Shown piece after piece: positions 40,273 through 63,087 of a stretch of 64,000 nucleotides of DNA (position 1 is the first letter of the stretch; every line of letters starts with the position of its first letter). Below the pieces are notes generated by a model, which was not told the origin of the DNA, did not search any database, and saw only the letters and a program-made list of their open reading frames with translations. The position numbers and the translations under genes are program-made. The stretch comes from Lingula anatina (taxonomy: Eukaryota > Animalia > Brachiopoda): NCBI GenBank assembly GCA_051362555.1, contig CM120641.1, positions 26,108,401-26,172,400 of the forward strand, read 5' to 3'.

Positions 40273-40318
40273 CAAACAGCAAAAGTCGGTGAAAAGCATG
40301 AAGTGAAAAAACTCTCAT
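37475..40318 (-). CDS. Ionotropic glutamate receptor family member lacking the amino-terminal domain (variant iGluR / IR-like)
   Basis: Exons 39802-39846 (FIVTTVL), 39349-39561 (KPFMM...YYGFVKDIL...WNGMMKEI), 38823-39177 (ADIAVGDISITSTR...FSKPF; M1; pore LMWQG), 37897-38621 (PRSIAGR; M3 CYTASLT; S2 GST, MEST; M4), and a probable last exon 37475-37561. The candidate signal-peptide exon (ATG 40318, donor 40205) is out of frame as assembled; see findings. Confidence 0.85.
38744..38791. repeat. (CA)n microsatellite in a receptor intron
   Basis: Read directly from the sequence. Confidence 0.9.
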
Positions 40319-42453
40319 ATTACATTTGAATACCCAAGGAACGCCCCCTCCCTCACTAAACAGAGGAACAATTTTTTGTCCAGAATCTGTTGGACTTGTC
40401 ACTCGGTAGACAAAAACTCCACCTCCACTATGCAACAAGATTAGTAAGAACAACTTATTTATCACTTTTGAACACCTGGCAGTTAGATGAACGCTCTTGT
40501 TTCACGCATCAGGGTATCAGTCTGAACATCATCGATGATGCAACAGAGATATTTATCATCAGAAAGGTAGACGCATTTGCGTCAGAAGACCAAAATGTCA
40601 GAACTTTAAGAAGAGTTCTAGTGCGTTATTGATGTAAACAACTAGGAGTTAACACGGTTACCTGGGGCCACGCCCAACAGTAACCAAGAAGTGATTCATA
40701 TAAGGCTTCCACTAAAGCACACAGTCGATCGGCTCATTTGAACGTTTAGATAATGTGTCTATAGTGATTTTAATCTAAATTACAATCACTATAGACACAT
40801 TACCAACAAGGTGTCTCATTTATTTACTCGTCAGCCGACTTACAGCATTAGTCACCGTAGTTTTTATATAACCTATATTTTTGCAACCAAAAGTTGTGTT
40901 TCAAACATTTCTCCTCTCTGTCCGTGTGTTTTTCCGCTCGCCCACCAGCTTAATTAACCACACACGCGCCCCCTTCTCTCCAGTTGTCTGTCCGTCCACT
41001 TATGAAACTTGTTCGCCATTCTACTTTTTACCATTATTTCAAACCGCGGGTTTTACCAAAGTTTCGTATAGTACGTACATGTAAGCGGCCAGCCCCTAAC
41101 TATATTTTAAAGAACCCGAACATCTACTAGTTTTTTTTTACGTTTTTTTTTAGTAATTATTACTGAGAACTGGCATATTAAAACGATATGCCAGGCATAG
41201 TTTTCAACAAAAAACGGAATTTTTAAATATTTTTTTAAGTTTGTAGCTTGATTGTCCCAGATATATGAATGTATAAACAGAGACCTTTGCTTGAGGCCAG
41301 CTAATATATCGGATTATTAATGTTTTGCTAGGAACAGCAGCTGACATGTCTGGGGAACCACTTGAAAATATATCAAATAACTCGAGAGCTCCTCTCTGCG
41401 GTATTTTTCAAATTGAATTTCCCACTATGTCAATAAGGGAAATAATAAAGACCACAACTAGTTGGTGAGTGCTTTACATTTTTAAGCAGATAGATTATTT
41501 TGCAACCTCTTTTTTTAAAATCCATTTTTCAGTAAAATTCATGGGGAAAGCAGAAATCCAATATTTTTAGGCAAAAACCACAATGTTTTTTATCTTAAAG
41601 GTTTGAATCTGTCTTTATTTGGATCTTCCATTGGCCATTAAATCTCACCAAGTGGCGGAAAAAAAATGGAATTTTATGAACGGTCGAGAAAGAGCCTCAT
41701 GTTGGTCATTGGTGGTCAGCACCTGTTAGAACTTTTGTCCACTCAGCCTCGTGCCACCGGTTCAACACACGGACACATTATGCAAGATTTATGCTCCCAT
41801 GTGGAGATGGTGTAAACTGTTCTGTCAGAACAAATATGCTTTTGTTTTTGCAGCTTCGATCGTAATGCTGCAAAAACGCATGCCGATCAACAACGGATAC
41901 CCCATGCAGTCACAGAGCCGACACCCTTGGCATGGCGTTCCAGGTATTTCTGCGCAGCATTTAAATGCGTAGAATTTTGACCCAATTACTATCGCATTCT
42001 TTTTTATCTGGTTTACTTTTCATTTAATTCTGTTCGGTTTACTTTTGGTTTAATTTGATTGCAGCCATTCCATAAAAAAAGATGTCGTATGCAATCATAA
42101 TAAAATGTGCTTTGGCACAGAAATATCAAAAGATGCAATCGGTAATTCAACTGACATTTTACAACTGTTGTTTTTTGTTACAAAACAAAATCGTCAAAAC
42201 CCACCTGAGCCATTGCAACTGCCACAGTCACAGTAAAGAACAATATAATCTGTGCCATCTCCATCTTTCAAGATAATTGAAGTAAGCAACTTGGGTTAAT
42301 CCTTTGCCCGGGATGGAGAAGTCCAACCGATGGACCACGAGTGATAAACCACAACTGCACCAAGGCGTTTTCTTGCACGATATAAATTCAATCCAACCGA
42401 GTCATGCCAATAATGGCCTGCCTGGAACTTGAAAACTGCACGTAGCTTCTTAC

Positions 42454-42515
42454 CATAGGCGGGACAATCAACGTCGCGCTCACTTCCCCGAGTCAGCCGC
42501 TGCTTTATTTATAGC
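42454..42515 (-). promoter_or_regulatory. Candidate TATA promoter and short first exon, possibly of the receptor gene
   Basis: Minus strand reads GCTATAAATAAAGC, then ~55 nt of GC-rich sequence ending in ATG|GTAAG (donor at 42453), in a locally CpG-rich patch. Confidence 0.3.
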
Positions 42516-42803
42516 CTTGACTCTCTCTCAGGGAGGGGTATAGGAAACATATATTACAGGTCAGGCTGCCCGCTGCTTACTCATTCTATGTAAACGCCTA
42601 TGTGAAACTCGAGCGGATCGCGCGCACGCCCGGCAAAAAATCGAGATGAAGAAAACTGCGTGCAATATGGTAAATACTGCAGAACCCTTGTGAACTTCCT
42701 TTCACCTTTCTCATGGTGAGATTTGAATGATGCACTTATTTAAGATGAACATTTGCACATTGCACATATATCTTGTATCTAATTACGAAGATAACGGTTG
42801 ATT

Positions 42804-42854
<51 letters not shown>

Positions 42855-45762
42855 ACTACTTGATACTGAATATGATTAAATGGATTTACTCCCGCTAAGC
42901 AACGTTATTAGCATTATCAGTTTCTTTAATATAGGCGAATTATTCAGATAATTCAGAATGGTGGTGGGAAATACTCCATCGTAACCGAATTTGGTGGAGT
43001 TTTTGTTATTTCTCATGTAGAGACAAATAACAAGTTTCTCTTCCCTCCATTACACGAATTCGTTTTTTTTTCTTGGTAAGCACCGTAACCATCTTTTCCC
43101 ATTATGAGCCTCCGCAGGTCATCTCGTAATTCCCCCGTTTTTATTTTTTACAACTAACGCGATTTTTTTTACAACTAATGCCTAGAGCATGACATATTTC
43201 AAGTTAAACTCACATATAGCTCAAAGATCCGATTGCTTCATTCTGACATTAAAGCAGTTCTCTCCTTTTCCTTTAACTGCTGCCACGCTTGAAATGTATC
43301 CGATACACTCGACTTGCCCCACCCTACACTCTCTTAACGAGGGCATTAAATTTCAACTCTTATAATTAATCTGAAATATTTCTGTTTCTGCTTCCATGCG
43401 ATATGGTAAACATCAGTATTTATAATGAATTAAAATTTAATGTATTTGTCTAATGCAATTATTTGCCAACTGTAACTAATATTAATAACACTGATATTCC
43501 ATTTTTGTCACATTTCAACGCCATGGCAAATGCAACACTTCGTTTACCTCTTTCGCTCTCTCTCCCTTTTGCTGTTTGTTTAAGAGGCACGCTCGCTCTG
43601 GGATATTTTGGGTAAGTTTTCTTGCTGTTATTCAATTACCGGTTGCAAGTGTCCTATTTAATTGCTGAATAACCGATGTCTTAACCATGTCGCAGCTCTG
43701 GCGGGATCTCTAATCTACTGAAGCGGGAATGTTTTTGGCATACTTATGTGCAGGCTGGCCGTGGCCGTTGAACCAGTTGATAAAAAGACAGAAAACAACG
43801 TTCGGGATAACTCAAAACTCCTTCTCATGGGGTTGATTGACATTATCTCTGTCCCTTATTAGGCTAAGTAGTCAGAATCTGTATATGTTTTATTAATATT
43901 TCAGTGAATGTCTGCCATGGGAGAGGGCATTTTATAAATATATAAATATATAAGCATGATATGTTCTTCTTAATGAGCCAAGAAAAATATAAATGTAATA
44001 AATTAATATTTTTCTTGGTTCATTAAGGCTAGGATCCTTTATTTTGGATCCTAGATTAAGGAGAAGATATAATGCTTGAAGCGATTAACCTCTTTTTCTT
44101 TGAATAAACCTTGTTAAAAGATATTTGCTGTGCGCATTATAACCTCACCTGCAAATCGATCACTGGTACAGTATATAACGTTTTCGCTATTTTGTTTTTG
44201 TTGCCAGTAGTTGCCTTGGGGAAAATACGCAATTTATGATTTTCATTGCTTTGACCTTAACTAAATTTACCTATGAACAAAATTTATGCTGTGAATGCTA
44301 CATCAATAACAAGTTTACACCACAAACAAGTGCGTACCCGCCCTAACATATACCAGATCTTATATTTAGGGTGTCGTGCAGATTTAATTGGGATAGTTTT
44401 TTTTTTCGTTTATATCGGGCGACCTACAAGGAGAAGTTCCTGTAAGCATAGCCCTCGGAGTCACATTACTCCGTTTGTTGCTCAAATGTCAAGCAATGCT
44501 CAAAAATTCTATGATCGATACATGTGTATATAATTAGATCTTGAATGCTGTCAAAAAGGTGTTTTATAGCAATGCGCAAAGCACAGTATCATATTGAATA
44601 AGTCAGCTATGGAAAGGGTGTATCATCCTTTTTAATGATGTATATAATGTAGTCCTTAAAAAAAGCCTGCAAGCTGTACCTTATCCCTGCATTTACATAT
44701 TGGAATATACTGAAAATGATTCATTTAAAACGTTTCGTGGTTGTGGAGAGACTGCATCTTGCATATTCAGAACGGTATTTTAAAAGACACTGGCATCATT
44801 TTAAATTCCTACCTGGACGTTTTGTTTGCACCTATCACGCTGCTTATTTGCGCCTTAACACTCAATCGTTAAGACGTTGCATTTCCACAGGGCTCTGTTT
44901 TCTTTTAAGAAAAGATGAAATTACGTAAAAGACGATTAGATGTTGCGTTCACCAAACAGTTGTATTTCTGTTCTCACAGTTTGAAGAGAACAGTGCACAT
45001 AGGCTTTGATATGAAAGTTGAATGACAACGTTATTGAACCTGTAATCTTCTGTCGCATTCCAGGATTTAAAAATAGCCGTAAATGTGTTAGTTATGATTA
45101 GTGGATGTGCTTGTCAAAATCCTCCACGCTGAGCATTTTATTACCTTTTTTAAAATTTTTGATGGTTTTAAATATATTTCTTTAAAGTGGCATGTTGAAA
45201 TAATGAGGTAAGACACCGATTAAAAAGTTAAGCATCTATGGTGGGGATATTCACTTGTATGTGTGGTGTATATGTGCGTACACGTATAAGTTGATATCAT
45301 ATTAAGTTTATTTCTAGAATCTTCACAATCACAGTTTGCACTAATTTTTTGAGCTCAAATATGTCACAAAACATGGCAGCAATGGTAAATCTGTAATTTG
45401 TATTAAGGATGATTTTTTTTTTTATTTCAATCGGTCAACTTGCACCCATGAATAATGTCATTTATTTATTCACTAAGTGATCACTGACCTATTCTCAAGA
45501 CAGAGTTTCCTTTAAGAAAGGTGGATGATTGAAATAAATTTGATATAAACAAATTTGTTTGAACAAGCAGTATTCTTTATGGATGCAGTTCTTAAAAAGA
45601 AATACTTCTTCCATTTACAATGATGTGAAACAAGTACACTTTAATAGAAGATTTTTGTCTTCTCCAAGGGACGGGATTAGTCCCCCCACTGCCACTGATC
45701 AGAACTTGTTCTGATTCCCAGATGCCACACAGGCACACACACACACTAACAGTCAATATGGT

Positions 45763-48700
45763 TCACTCGTTTTGCTTTTCTGCAATTTTGGCCAGCTTTC
45801 TGGCTTTCTTTTCTTCATGTTCTGCTGCAACTTCTGCTTTCAGTTGCTCCAATTCCGTGTCTGGGATATAGAAGTAGGCGTCATCAGCAGGATCAGGCTG
45901 AAATGTCAAATGTGAAAGAATACAATCAATTTCATCTCATAAAACAGCCTGAGGTTTACTTTAATAAAATTACTTTAACAAATTAAATAACAATTTGCAA
46001 AATCAACTAGTTTTTTATTTTTATTTTTCAATACAAAGACCGAAAAATTTTAATTACTTTTTCCAAATATTTAGATCCAATACCCCAAAAAATATTCATA
46101 ATCAAATAAACAAATAAGGTCTATCAAACTATAACCACTTATAACTAACCTCTCTGACAGTGAATTCTACACCTTCTGGGATGTGCCGTGCCAGAACTTG
46201 ACAAATGAATGGTACTTCATATGCTGGGACATTTTGAAGCTGCAAGCAATTAAGTCAACTTTGTGCATATTTTTATAATTAATGCTTTACATTGACTGAT
46301 ATCGCTTTTAACAGATCTAAAAAGTGGTGTTTAAACTCTAGATAAATAAAGCAATAAAAACTCGTCATTTTGGAGAGAAAAGTGCCTTAAAATGGTAAAA
46401 TGGTTTTTCCTGGGGTAAACAACGATTTCTCATACTTTTCCAAGGTTAATAAGTCCGCTGTGACATTCAAAGTTAATTTTTAAGTGTTTTTTTAATAATA
46501 AATAAATAAATAAATAAATAAATAAATTAATAAATAATCTCGTAAGAGATTTTTATGGGGGTAGCCATCTATGAAGGTCCACATGGTCCAAATTTAACCT
46601 TGAACATGCACTCTTTAAAACAGTAGGAATATGTACAAACCAATGTCAATTGAATGGGCTGAGGAAAGGGGCTCAGTTTAGGTGAATCTTTCATATAATA
46701 ACTGAGGTATCGAGTCAAGTTCTCTAAACCACTAAAAACAGCTGGAATGCTAAGATGTAACCCTAAATGTGATAATAACCATTTTTAATCAACAGTAAAA
46801 AAAAATCTGTTATATTCAAAATATTTTATGACCATAAAAGTTCATTTTTTAAATTAAATATCGCAGACATCAGCAGGCCAATATAGAGAAGTACTATGGC
46901 CAGTTACCCTAGGGTCACGGTATTTGATCAATGAGTTCTGTGAAGTACACAGTGTGACTATAAATGGCCAAAGAAAAAAAATTCCTGCAACCTGCAGTAT
47001 GATAGATAGTCACCTTTGTACTGGTCAAACAGAATGGATGAATGACTTCTGCAAATCATACAAGTGAAAAAAATTGGTTTCTTATATAAACGTACCTGCA
47101 TAGTCCTATTATACTTGTTTAAAATTATACTTGGATCTTGTTTTGAGTCCTCATCTTTTAGTGTGGTTGTCTTCAGTTTGCGTAAAGGTACAGGTATTCT
47201 AAAGGAATCAGAATCAATTTTAAAAAATGTTCTTCAATGACTTTAATTTTTATTAATCTTTTTCCCAGAATGCTCTGATAATAATAAAAAAATAAATAAC
47301 CCGAATAAATATTTCTTCCCTTATGTTCATCTTAATTTTTTTCAGAACAATAGGAACAAAAGAGAAAAAATGAAACTACTTACAATTCTGCTTCGTGTCC
47401 AAATTCGGTACATTTCTTAAGAGCATAGGCAGCAAAGCTTTCCAGCACCACCCAGTCAAAACCCTCCATAACGATGTTTAGTTCACCATAATGCGGTATT
47501 AAGTTTTCAATTTCTTGATCCTGGAATTAAAAAAAAAAATTATATATACGTATATATGAGATTGTAAGACAGACTAGCTGTAGTTTTCATGCCAAATCAA
47601 ATTTTCCTTGAAATCATTTTTTTCTACTCATGAATCAATGCTTGACCTGTCACTGCACTTAAATTGCATGTTTTATACATTTTTGATTTAAGATTTTAAT
47701 GAATAATTTTTTTCTCTGAATAATATTTTGTTTTTTTTTATGTTTTCAGTAATGTTTAGACAATCATGCTTTCATGTACATTAAGGAGGAAATATCAATG
47801 TCCAATTCTTTCACTTGGGCGTGTTTTTCTTATGAAATTCTGAATTGGGAAAGATATGTATCTTTGCAGTATACACATGCATAAAATTTGTGACTTTGGG
47901 ACAGTTTTAAATAAATTGGAACATAAATATACCTAAATTACTAAATGCTTCTTTTTATATTGTTACTGCCAGTTCAAAGATATCTGTTTGTACCGACCAG
48001 ATAAGGTGGCTCTACTTCCACAAGTTTTTGTGTCTCTTTATTTGACCCATGAATGAATCTGCAGCTTGTGTAAACTTTTGGAACTAATGGCTGTACACAT
48101 TTTGCACCTCTGAAAGTATAAAAGCAATAAGAAAGGAAGTATACAGAAGTATATAGAAACATTAAGAAAACAAACCTAAAAGATTGGCTAAAATTCAAGG
48201 CAAAATAGCTGGGATGTAAAAAGCTTATCATCATTTAGCATATCAAACTTATTGTACTGTTAGTAAACATACTCTTGACCTTTAACTTGAGCAGTGCCAG
48301 GGGTCTGGCTAAATTGCGCAATACAGCGCAACACAGAGCAATACACTTGAAAAAAGTCACAAGTAACAAGTAATATTACAAAGTCACAAGTAAACTGCCA
48401 GTAATATTACAAAATTAAGAGTAATTAAAAGATTGGTAAATTTAAATGCCGACTTACCTCAAAGCAAACACTGCTCTTAGTCCCCTTGGGGAGTACTTAA
48501 GCACTGGACAAGTCAACTGCCATAGTGACTACAAATTAGAATTTAATTAAATAAATAAAATTAGAATTGATTTAAAATTTGGAAATAAATATATACATGT
48601 ACAATGGCCCAATTAAGGATTCCTTTAAGTATAAAACACCGACTGTGACAGCTACGGACAACTGAAATTCTATAAATGATCGAATAAATACCAGTGACTA

Positions 48701-48801
48701 CTTGACTCACTTAAAGGTAAAGACAAAATCAAAATGAACCACAGCTACTTATTTAGCGTAAAATACGAGCAAAATACCTGTAACTTCGCTGCAGTCAACA
48801 T
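45763..48801 (-). CDS. MRPL48: Mitochondrial ribosomal protein mL48 (ribosomal S10-like domain)
   Basis: Exons 48778-48801, 48458-48528, 47998-48109, 47384-47520, 47096-47198, 46150-46239, 45763-45897. They encode a basic presequence, 'EPPYL', 'YGELNIVMEGFDWVVLESFA', 'HIPEGVEFTVRE' and 'PDTELEQLK', matching the mL48 pattern. Confidence 0.85.
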
Positions 48802-49911
48802 GCTTGCTATGTAATGTAGAGCTCTGTTTGAGGTAAAGTTTAGTTCGCCAAAAACAATTAAGTTAGACTTTGGTATAAAAAGTATAAAAAAAGCAAAATA
48901 AATTATTTCAAATGGTTCGTTTATAAATATTTAGATGCAAATAACATAATTTAAGCTTTTTTGTATAATCGACAATATGATGTTGTTTTCCAAACTAAAT
49001 GTAATGAAAATGCTAACACAACCTGTCGGTGTGCTCGCCGCCGAATGAAGCATAATCGTCTTTTTTCCCTGAATGTGAAAATATTTTTATCAGATCAATA
49101 AGGAGAAGCATGCAGACTGCACTCAGTGATTGCCTATGATTCCCTGAGCATATTCTTTATTTATAACATGGGTAAAAAAATTATGATTGTGCGCTCTCCA
49201 ATTTTTGGAGTCTTGATTTAAAAAGAGGAAGTGAGTGTGCGTGAAAAGATGCGCAGAAATGAATGTGAAAGAACGAAAACTGGAGAACTGGGAGGATTTC
49301 ACGAGCACTATTTGACATCGCTTGAATTCACGTTGAAAGCTTTTAAAGTAGCAATGTGGGAATGAAAAGGTGCGTTTAAGGAGTAATGTGTGACTCAGTG
49401 AACCGTTTCTGACATTTTAATCGATAACGACGATCGTAGATTTGTTTTTTTTTTAATGTTACGGAGTGTGACACTTAAGGCTAATCATATGTTGTAGTTA
49501 CCATTAACTTTATTTTTATTTGCATCAGCATTATTTTATCGAACATATTTGATTGTAGTGTTTGCAGTCAAGTATTCATTCTGATTTGTGTATCTATGCG
49601 TCTGTACTGTCTTTGATGTTTTTGATTGTAAAAAATGACACTACTAAGCTTTTTGTGATTTTTAATTACAGATGCAACCCCTTCTTTTAAGAAAAATAAG
49701 CAAACGCGCCTTTCGCAAATCTGTACTACGTACAGGGACTTTTCCTTTGAGGTTGTGTCTCTGACCTTGTCATGACTTGTCTTACCTCCCCTTTCATCAT
49801 TTGGTCATTTTGCTCTTAGCCGAGCATACTTTCTTCTACGTACCTGTATTACTAGTATATGAATGTTAAATGACATACTAGTACTTCACTTTTCAGTGCA
49901 TTCCTTTAAAA
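48802..49911. promoter_or_regulatory. Divergent (bidirectional) promoter region between MRPL48 and MEA1
   Basis: The two start codons are head-to-head, 1.1 kb apart. Confidence 0.55.
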
Positions 49912-51401
49912 ATGCCACCTGTCCCAGAGAACAAAGAAAATAAGCATCCAGACAGCCTGGGAGCAGTTGAAACTCCACAGTTTATTGTAATGCAGAGTAG
50001 CTCGGACAGCGAAGATGAGCAGGAAGGTGGGTGACAGAAAATTTTATCCAGTCCAGAACTTAAACACATCGTCTTTTTCCATGAATTATGCGTTCTCTTT
50101 GCATTTGGTAGGATAAAAACAAAACATCATGGCAAATTTATACCCCCTTCGTTTATCATCAATGATAATGTGAAACATTTAAGCTGTTTTTTTTTAAATT
50201 TTTTTTTATCATTTACCCATATGTGAAAGATGAGTAATATCTAAAAAAAAGCGTATGTTTCTTCTTTACTGGGCTTTTTTTTCCTTTTTAAATTCACTTT
50301 TGGTATACAGATACCTCATGTCTTTTATTTCAGAGTTTGGTGGGTACCAGCTTCTTTCTCAAGATCCAGATGGCCCATTGAACAGTCCTAACTTCCAAAC
50401 TGGTTCTGATGAGGACGCAGAGGACGAAAGCCAAGATGGCGTAGGTGGCACCAGTGATGCTTTAGATGCTGTAATCATGGAGCAGGTGGAGTCCGATGAT
50501 TTCACACAGTTAGCAGCTCAGTCTCATCCATACCAGGTTAGAAAAGTTATGATGGCAAGTCTCCTGTTATGAGGTTTAGGTTATTTCTTTAAGCAAGATA
50601 TGCAGACTTCTCTTTTTTCTCTGTTATTTTATGCAGACTTGAAAAGCACTGAAAGAAGAATGGACATTTTTGTCTGCGCGTGAACTTGTACAGAAATGTA
50701 TGGAATGGCTGGAAACTAGTATGTAAATTAGTCACCCTTCGCTTTAACATTTCTTTTAACTAGACATACTTTTCTGTGTAAAAAAAAAAACTTTATAATT
50801 TACTGCAGAGTGACTCGGATACAGGTTGGGCAAATTTTAATGATGAAGAAAATGTTTGGAGTCAACCTCGAGAAACTCAGTTCACTATGGACAAAGGTAC
50901 TTGTGAACGTTTTTTATGCACATTTTATTTCATGAGATTTTTAACAGCTGGTTTTGTAAAATTATTTTAATTCTATAGGATGAGATTGTTTACATTTGGT
51001 TTCTACTGACAATTTTTTGAAGAATTGACAAGGTAACAGTTCACATTAGTCGGACATGAGCCTAGGTTTTAGAAAAAAACTGAACATTCATCATGGGACC
51101 AAACACCTAACCAGCTGGGGATTCGGGAGCACTTTAGGGACCATCAGAATTTAATTTGAAAATATGCAATTCTGTTATTCTGCAGAAAAAGCTCACGTCT
51201 GATTCTTCTTTTTTGTGTGTTTCAGAGCATGTTGACCAGATCAAGAATGCCATGTCTACCTTTTCTCTCCCAAGCACTAGCCAGCCTGACTGGGCAAAAA
51301 AGATTCCAGAAGAAGAATGGAAGGCCAAACTGGTGGCCAAATTACAAAACAAAACTTTTGACACACAGAAAATTTCACGTAAAGATGACTCTGCCAGCTG
51401 A
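49912..51401 (+). CDS. MEA1: Male-enhanced antigen 1 homolog
   Basis: Exons 49912-50026, 50334-50536, 50809-50896, 51226-51401. Acidic N-terminus with 'GGYQLLSQDP'; C-terminal 'MDKEHVDQIKNAMSTFSLP...PDWAKKIPEEEW' is the MEA1 signature. PolyA signal at ~51720. Confidence 0.88.
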
Positions 51402-53460
51402 CACACACACACACACACAAAAAGGATCACCGATTTTTAACATGTATTCTGGAGACTTATTCAACTAAGACATGTTGCATGTTTTCCAGATGCATTTCTC
51501 AGCTGTATACTAGTAATTCTTTGCAGACATTTATGTGATATGGACGTAGTTCTGTAATTGCAATTCTAGATCAGAAACGAGACAAAATCAGGCATACCAT
51601 TCCCATGTCAATGTGTTTCAAATTTCAGTATTAGAAGGCATATTACTTTTGCTCTGGTTAACCAAATGTAAAATTTGCTATTGACCTGCATTCAATATGC
51701 AGTCTTGGAAAATTTGTTGAATAAATAAACTGACCATTTTTGTGGCCATTTGGTGGATGATATCACTACAACTGGTGTTACAAGAACCAACATTGCATAG
51801 GCAATCTGCAATTATACATTAAAAATTTAAAATGATTATATTTCAAGGAAAATAACATTAACAAATTTATAATCTTTTATTCTCCAACTAGAATTTCATA
51901 AATTTGGGCAAATATTAAGATGCTTTCAATACATGATTGATGGGTCACCATTTTATGCTGAAAAAATTTTAAACTTAAAACGCATACACCATTTTCATTA
52001 ATAGCTTTTATTCTCTGTACAGACAATAAATTGACATGGTCTCTATTTTTACAACAAAAATTTACAAGAGAATACTATGATTGGCTGTACACTGTTCATG
52101 CCACCTCTGATGATCAGGCCCCCACATGGGTGTGTAAATATACAACTCTTAAATAAATGTATAATGTAAGAATCTTGAAAAAGATTAAGGCAAACAGACT
52201 AAATTGTTTCCATCACTTCTAATTTTCCTACACTTGTTGGTAGAGTAATCAATTGGATACTACATCCATTTTTTTTCTTACGTTTTCATTGTGGCAACTG
52301 GCCCTCTTGACAGTACCACTTCACTTTGATTTTATTGTCAAGTAAGATGTCTGGACCCTGAGATACAACAGCAACAGTAATACTACTTGATGGGGATGAT
52401 AATAGTGAAAATTATTATAATAACCTCTTAAATCCATGCTTGTACTCCCTCTAGGAACAAAGGCTATGCAGACCAATTTGTATCAGTTTCTGCTGTACTC
52501 TTTCCACTGATACCAGTTTTTTGTTACCATCTCACCAACCATACTTTATATTATGAGAAGACAACCTGAACTAAGCAGGTTTTAATATATATATATATAT
52601 ATATTTAACATCACTTCCCTGGTGGAAAGCTAAGATGATACATGGTTGAATAGCTGTAAACCATGTGTAACAACAAACAGTGAAGTTTGGTCATTATAGC
52701 ATGATGAATTGCTTGAAGTATTTGTAATACAGCACACTAAATGATTGCAAACCTACAGCTTTTGCCTTCAGTTCCTAGAATAAACTGCAGAGAACTGGAA
52801 TGCCCTCCCTCCCTCCCCATAAAATGCCTCAACTATAAGTATTGACAATAGCCTCACTGAGACATATATTTATTCTACAACAAAAATAGTCCTCTATAAA
52901 TTCCTCTTTATTTTCTCATGCATGCTACAAGTCACATCCATTGTTGTACACTAAAAATGACATTTGCAGAAATATTACATAACACTGCCAACTCAGTAAT
53001 TATCAATTTTTGGCTACGTATGCAAATAAAACATACAGAGGGCATTCTCGTTGACAAAGCTGCTCTCTCTGATGCAGACAATAATAAAAATATTCATTTC
53101 TCTATTTTTTTATGCACCAATAACTTAATCGTTAAAATATAAACAGTTTAGTAATCATCGATAATTACAGGTGCACATTGTGTCTGGGTGCAGATATCAT
53201 TTACCTCCTATAAAAAGCTTAGAGCCACTGACCTTATTCTGCCAATATGATTACGTCTTTATATGTCTTATTCATCTCGACTCTATCAGCACTGCAGAGA
53301 ATAACAAGGCGGAATGTGTATTACTTAGAGCTCACTATCACTGTAAATGGCCACTGTCTAGCAAGCAGAGCCCTGCTGCATTGTGATCCCGGAGAGAGGG
53401 TCAAACCATAGCTAGGTGAAAAACTATGTGTGACCCCATTAACCATGTGATATGTTTCCA

Positions 53461-63087
<9,627 letters not shown>

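Noticed and set aside
40662-40737. Signal-peptide-like reading MSRSTVCFSGSLI*ITSWLLLGVAP with an internal TGA upstream of the receptor (readthrough idea)
   Set aside because: It ends in phase 1 and meets another stop after the next acceptor. A 5' UTR exon is the simpler explanation.
42809-42852. Long poly(A) tract as a retroposon tail
   Set aside because: No target-site duplication or recognisable SINE/LINE body was identified.
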